A DNA stretch of 64,000 bases. It comes from Podarcis tiliguerta. Lineage: Eukaryota. How positions within the stretch are numbered: the first letter of the stretch is position 1; each line of letters begins with the position of its first letter. The notes under the pieces are model-generated. The model saw nothing but the letters and a program-made list of their open reading frames with translations, was not told where the DNA came from and did not search any database. Shown here piece after piece: positions 59,601-64,000 of the stretch. The translations under genes and the position numbers were made by a program. The stretch lies in NCBI GenBank assembly GCA_965153285.1, contig OZ229115.1. The stretch is one strand, 5' to 3'.

Positions 59601-62600
59601 GGTTAAAAACAGAATGTTCTCTTTGTCTTCACAGCCAGCTCCCCACAGCTTATTCCTGTACACTGCCAAAGCGCATAGCGCTACTGCCATTCTAATTGAA
59701 ATAAGTCATAAAACTGATCCATTCAAAAGCTTCTTATCTGACTTATCATCAGGTACACATTTGTGTATGTCTCATTTAGCGGTATGTTTTCATACCAGAA
59801 AAATAACATTGCTACAGAATTAGAGTCTGCGTAAATGGATAATGCTGGCTTTGGACCTAATCAGTGAACTTGAAAATTGACTTTGGGGGGCTTTCTGGTC
59901 ATTCAACGGAGACGGATTTTCAATTTTAGGTCTTTCTAATTACATAGAATATAAGATTACGGTGATAGAATAAGGTTACTACAGTGGTTGTATTAATATT
60001 TATACAGGTTGTTCATTATATTGCAAAAGCATTCCTGTGTCCCGATTGACTAGCTTCAGTCAAGAAATAACAGTGAATTGAGTGCTATTTGTGCTCATGC
60101 CTTGCCTATGGGCATCCCTCAGGCTTCTGGTTAGCCACTGCGAGAAAAGGAAGCTGGAATCGATATGCACTTTTGGCCTGATCCAGAAGTGGACTTCTTA
60201 TGTTTTCATGGGTCTTTCTCATCCATCTCAGGCCTCCACAACTTGTAACCCATTGACTTGTCAACCAGCAAGGGGCTTGGTAAACTTCCTGTTGTGGTTG
60301 TTGCTGCTGCTTGCCGGAGATGTCAAAAACAGTTTTAGGTGGTCATCTAGCAAGCCACAGGACATGAGTTGTGGGCTACATTCTGCTGCGTGGTTCAAAA
60401 ACCATGCAGGTTTACTGTATCCTAAGCAAATCACCTGTCTTTGAAGCAGATATGTAAAACATCAGGAGAAATAATTTGAAAGTATTCACAAACATCCCCC
60501 CCCCCAATATTTTCTCGATTAAATACAAAAATAGGAAAATTGAGGAGCTCATATTGAAATGTTCTCTTTGTCAGATTCATGCAAAATTCCTGCATTGGTT
60601 GTTTTTTTTTAATCATCTAGCCAATTTAAACTGCTCCAAATTTCTTGGGTCCAAGATTCAAAGATAACAGTGTTAGTGATGTCAGCATGTTACTGCATTT
60701 GACTGAACTGAACTGAACTGAACTGAACAAACAAACAAACAAACTCATTGAACTTGATGTTGGAAAAGTCATCAATCCACAGAACAGCTTCAGGTATTTA
60801 ATTTAAGAGTGCAATCTGGGAAGCATATTGTTCCCCTGGATATGGTGGCCTGGCCCTTAAATTCTGCCCTCTTCTGCATCAAGTGAAAGAAACTGCTGAA
60901 TGTTTGGAAATACACACACAAAATCAAGATAAAAAGTAACAAGTGAACAGAAATGAGAAGTTTGTTTTAAATTAAAGTGTTTTATTTTCTGAAGTTCATG
61001 AAGCTCAAAGTGATGGGTCAGAATAAGAACCTATGAGTCTTTCACATACTTATTCCAATGAGAGAAGCAAGTTATGATATTATTTTCAATAGTATATTAT
61101 GAACCAAAGGTACTTCTGTTGAATATCCAAATATATTGCTACTCCTTAATCACAAGGATGTTTATTTTTGCAGCTTTCCCTCAAAAATATGTTTCCTGTT
61201 TCTATGATAATCCTGAAGTCTACATACTGTTTATAAATCCCAAAACCTACCTATTGTTTTGTAAATGTTGATGCTTTCCATTTTCAACATCAGTGCCACC
61301 TCTTATTTTTTTCAGTTGGTAAAAAAACTAGAATAAACTTAAGTGTCTTGGTTTGCAACAATTTGCATCTCCTCTTATAATTATCGCTTAAATAAAACAA
61401 AGACATTTAATGGTATTCACTCAGAGCAAACTTATTGAAATGAATGGACCTAACCTAATCATCTTCAGTAATGTCAGTGAGTCTACTCTGAGTAAAGCTT
61501 AGTTGATTTGATTTAAAAGCTTATTCTTTTAAATTTCACAAATATAGCAACTAGTGCAATTGTATACATGAAGTAAGCACCGCTGTTTTTAACAGGGCTT
61601 ACTCCAAGGTATTCAGGGAGGTCAGTGATTCTTTAGCTGTGATTTCTGCATCCCAGGGGGGTTGGGCTAGGTGACCCTTTGGGTCATTTCCACCTCTACA
61701 AATCTAAGATTCCATGGTTCTAGGAAAACAAGATTAGACAAATTTATGCAGGATTAGACAAATTCATGTAGGATAATGCTCTCAGTGGCTACAAGCCACA
61801 ATGGCCATAAGTCAAGGTTGGTGGCAGTATTCTTTGTAAAGCCACTTGCTGGAACCTGCAAGAGGGGAGAGACTTATTGTGCTTGGGTTCTGTTTGTGAG
61901 TTCCCCACAGGTATCTGGCTGGCTACCGTGTGGATAGGATGCTGGACTAGACAGGCCACTGGCCTGATTCTGCAGCCTCTTCTTATCTTCTTATTGCCCC
62001 AGGTTTGTTGAAGAATACTCTGGGCTTCAAAGTATTAAATGCATCTGACTTGACGACAAAGCATTTTGAGGAAGCAAAATTTCTGTGAATGCAACTGGGT
62101 GAAAGCAGGCAGGTGAATGAAACAAAGACTGATAGTCTTAGTAGTCTGTGAAAAGTTGCACTTGTCATGTTAGCCTATTATGTGACTTTGCTCAGCTTCG
62201 TGCCACTTCCTCAGAGTCATCTGAACAGATAACGTGCCTTTGATTGCTGATTTCTTGGGCTACTGTCCCTTTTCTTTCTTAGCGCACTTTGAACTTCAGC
62301 TGAGAAAAATTAATTCTCAAACAGATTCCCCTATGTTTAAAAAATAAAACAAAAATTCAAATCGATATTCTAATTTATTTTTAAACATTTCTGATTATGG
62401 ATGTTATTAGATCTTGAGGCTTTTAAACATATGCAAAAGTAGAGAAAAGTGTCCTCTTCCTCAAATATAAAGTTCAGAAGCACTATTTGAAAATGTTTCA
62501 AATTAAGATTATGACATTTTCTCGAACTTTAAAATAGTGCAAAATTGTAATTTTGGTCTAGTTGCAACATTTTGCCAATGTTTATAACATCACGGGAAAT

Positions 62601-62823
62601 AACATTTACATTAAAAACACCCTAAACCAAATGTACCCCAAACATTAATAAGAGGGCATATACATACTCTCCAACATCCCTCAGAAAATAGGGACATTCT
62701 ATAATTAACCCATTTTGAGCATTTAATACTGTTTTAATATGTCTCAGCATAGCTTACTTCATAACCCACTTAAATCTGGACTGCAGCCCAACTGAAGTCC
62801 TGTTATTGCCAATGATGTGTAAT

Positions 62824-62973
62824 CAGTGCTTTTCTTCTGGGGGAGATGCAGGGGTACGCATACCCCTAAACATTTTGTGAATCTAATTTTGGCCTTACTG
62901 AAGGGCAGTATTTCAGTACGAGTAGGAAAATGAGAGTACCCCTAAACATTTTTTTTAAAGAAAAAAAGCACGG
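62824..62973. mobile_element. hAT MITE, 150 bp, related to 21834
   Basis: TIR C(A/C)GTGCTTTT; perfect 8-bp TSD TGTGTAAT. Confidence 0.85.
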
Positions 62974-63644
62974 TGTGTAATAAACTGATAATCACATGTT
63001 TCAACATAACTGGGCTATCAGGACTGGCACAGCTTTTGCTTCGTTCTGCCCCTCTCGATTTTTATTCTCTCAGTTCAGAAAGAGGAAAGTTCGTGTTATG
63101 CTTTTGAAAAATGTACCTCGCACACAGTGGAGTGTGCTAAGTTGTTATGACATCCATGATCTTAGATATACCAGTTATTAGAACATCCTTAAGAGGGTGC
63201 TGTCTCCTTAAGAATCAACAGTCCATCCCTGCCCCACACAAATGAGCACACCTTGCTTCTGCCTCAGGGAGTACTTTGTGTCCCACTAGGAGAGCCTAAC
63301 TGCTGAATTGACAGGGCTGAAAGAACAGACACCCGTACAGTGGTGAGGCCAAGACTGAAAAGAGGCTAGGAAGAAGCCTTAGGAGTGTAAGAGTTTGGAG
63401 CTCATAAAAATAAGGCAGATCACTTTAGCATGAATATACTATCTGGAGGGAGAAGGCAAGTTTCTTCTCGCTTGTTCGATAGAGGGTGAACCCATAGCTA
63501 TGGTTTGGGGAACCTTCTTCAATCAGAACTCTCTAATTCCTCCTGGGCAATCTTCTGAGGGCCACGTGTCCTCTGTGGTGGGCATGCCAGAGTCAAAGGT
63601 AAGCTGAGCAATGAATGTAAATTCTGACTTCATACCCTAGGACA

Positions 63645-63969
63645 CATGGGTACGCAAACTAAGGCCCGGGGGCCGGATCTGGCCCAATTGCCTTCTAAAG
63701 TCCGGCCCGTGGACAGTCCGGGAATCAGTATGTTTTTACATGAGTAGAATGTTTTCTTTTATTTAAAATGCATCTCTGGGTTATTTGTGGGGCCTGCCTG
63801 GTGTTTTTACATGAGTAGAATATGTGCTTTTATTTAAAATGCATTTCTGGGTTATTTGTGGGGCACAGGAATTCTTGATTCCCCCCCCAAAAAAAAATAT
63901 AGTCCAGCTCCCCACAAGGTCTGAGGGACAGTGGACCAGCCCTCTGCTTGAAAGGTTTGCTGACGCCTG
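63645..63969. mobile_element. hAT-type MITE with internal ~70-bp tandem duplication
   Basis: Imperfect TIR CA.G.GT...CAAAC; GGCCCG subterminal motifs; duplicated TGTTTTTACATGAGTAGAAT...TTATTTGTGGGGC unit. Confidence 0.7.
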
Positions 63970-64000
63970 CCCTAGACTAGTTTCTCCACATGCTCAAACA

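Noticed and set aside
61074-61271. CFYDNPEV resembling the missing LGR6 HFYDNP exon
   Set aside because: Wrong strand and position, and similarity is limited to five residues.

Overview
Eukaryotic genomic DNA from a squamate reptile, most likely a lacertid lizard (Sauria SINE, Squam3-like tRNA SINEs, BovB, L2, CR1 and abundant CAGTGGTACC-TIR MITEs). Three spliced protein-coding genes were reconstructed by hand. (1) CRY4 (cryptochrome 4), minus strand: four 5' coding exons (6472-6060, 5727-5611, 4592-4442, 2993-2853); the gene runs off the left edge. (2) UBE2T/FANCT, plus strand: complete 198-aa CDS in six coding exons (15178-22460), head-to-head with CRY4. (3) LGR6, minus strand: ten 3' exons (47123-28518), tail-to-tail with UBE2T, with the 5' exons beyond the right edge. 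Most supplied ORFs are spurious. Top oddities: (a) UBE2T intron 3 only gives an in-frame product with a non-canonical AG|TTAAGT (TT) donor. (b) The two LGR6 exons encoding HFYDNP.../SLNGA... LRRs (human exons 9-10) are absent from a gap-free 530-nt interval, giving an in-frame two-LRR loss. (c) A CRY4 intron holds a ~700-bp TSD-flanked foldback (~275-bp arms) whose loop has a type I hammerhead-ribozyme-like motif on the CRY4 sense strand (Penelope-like signature). (d) A 1.15-kb L1-like non-autonomous insertion with a YY1-type 5' end, poly(A) and TSD. Family and ortholog calls come from recall of known sequences, not from database searches.
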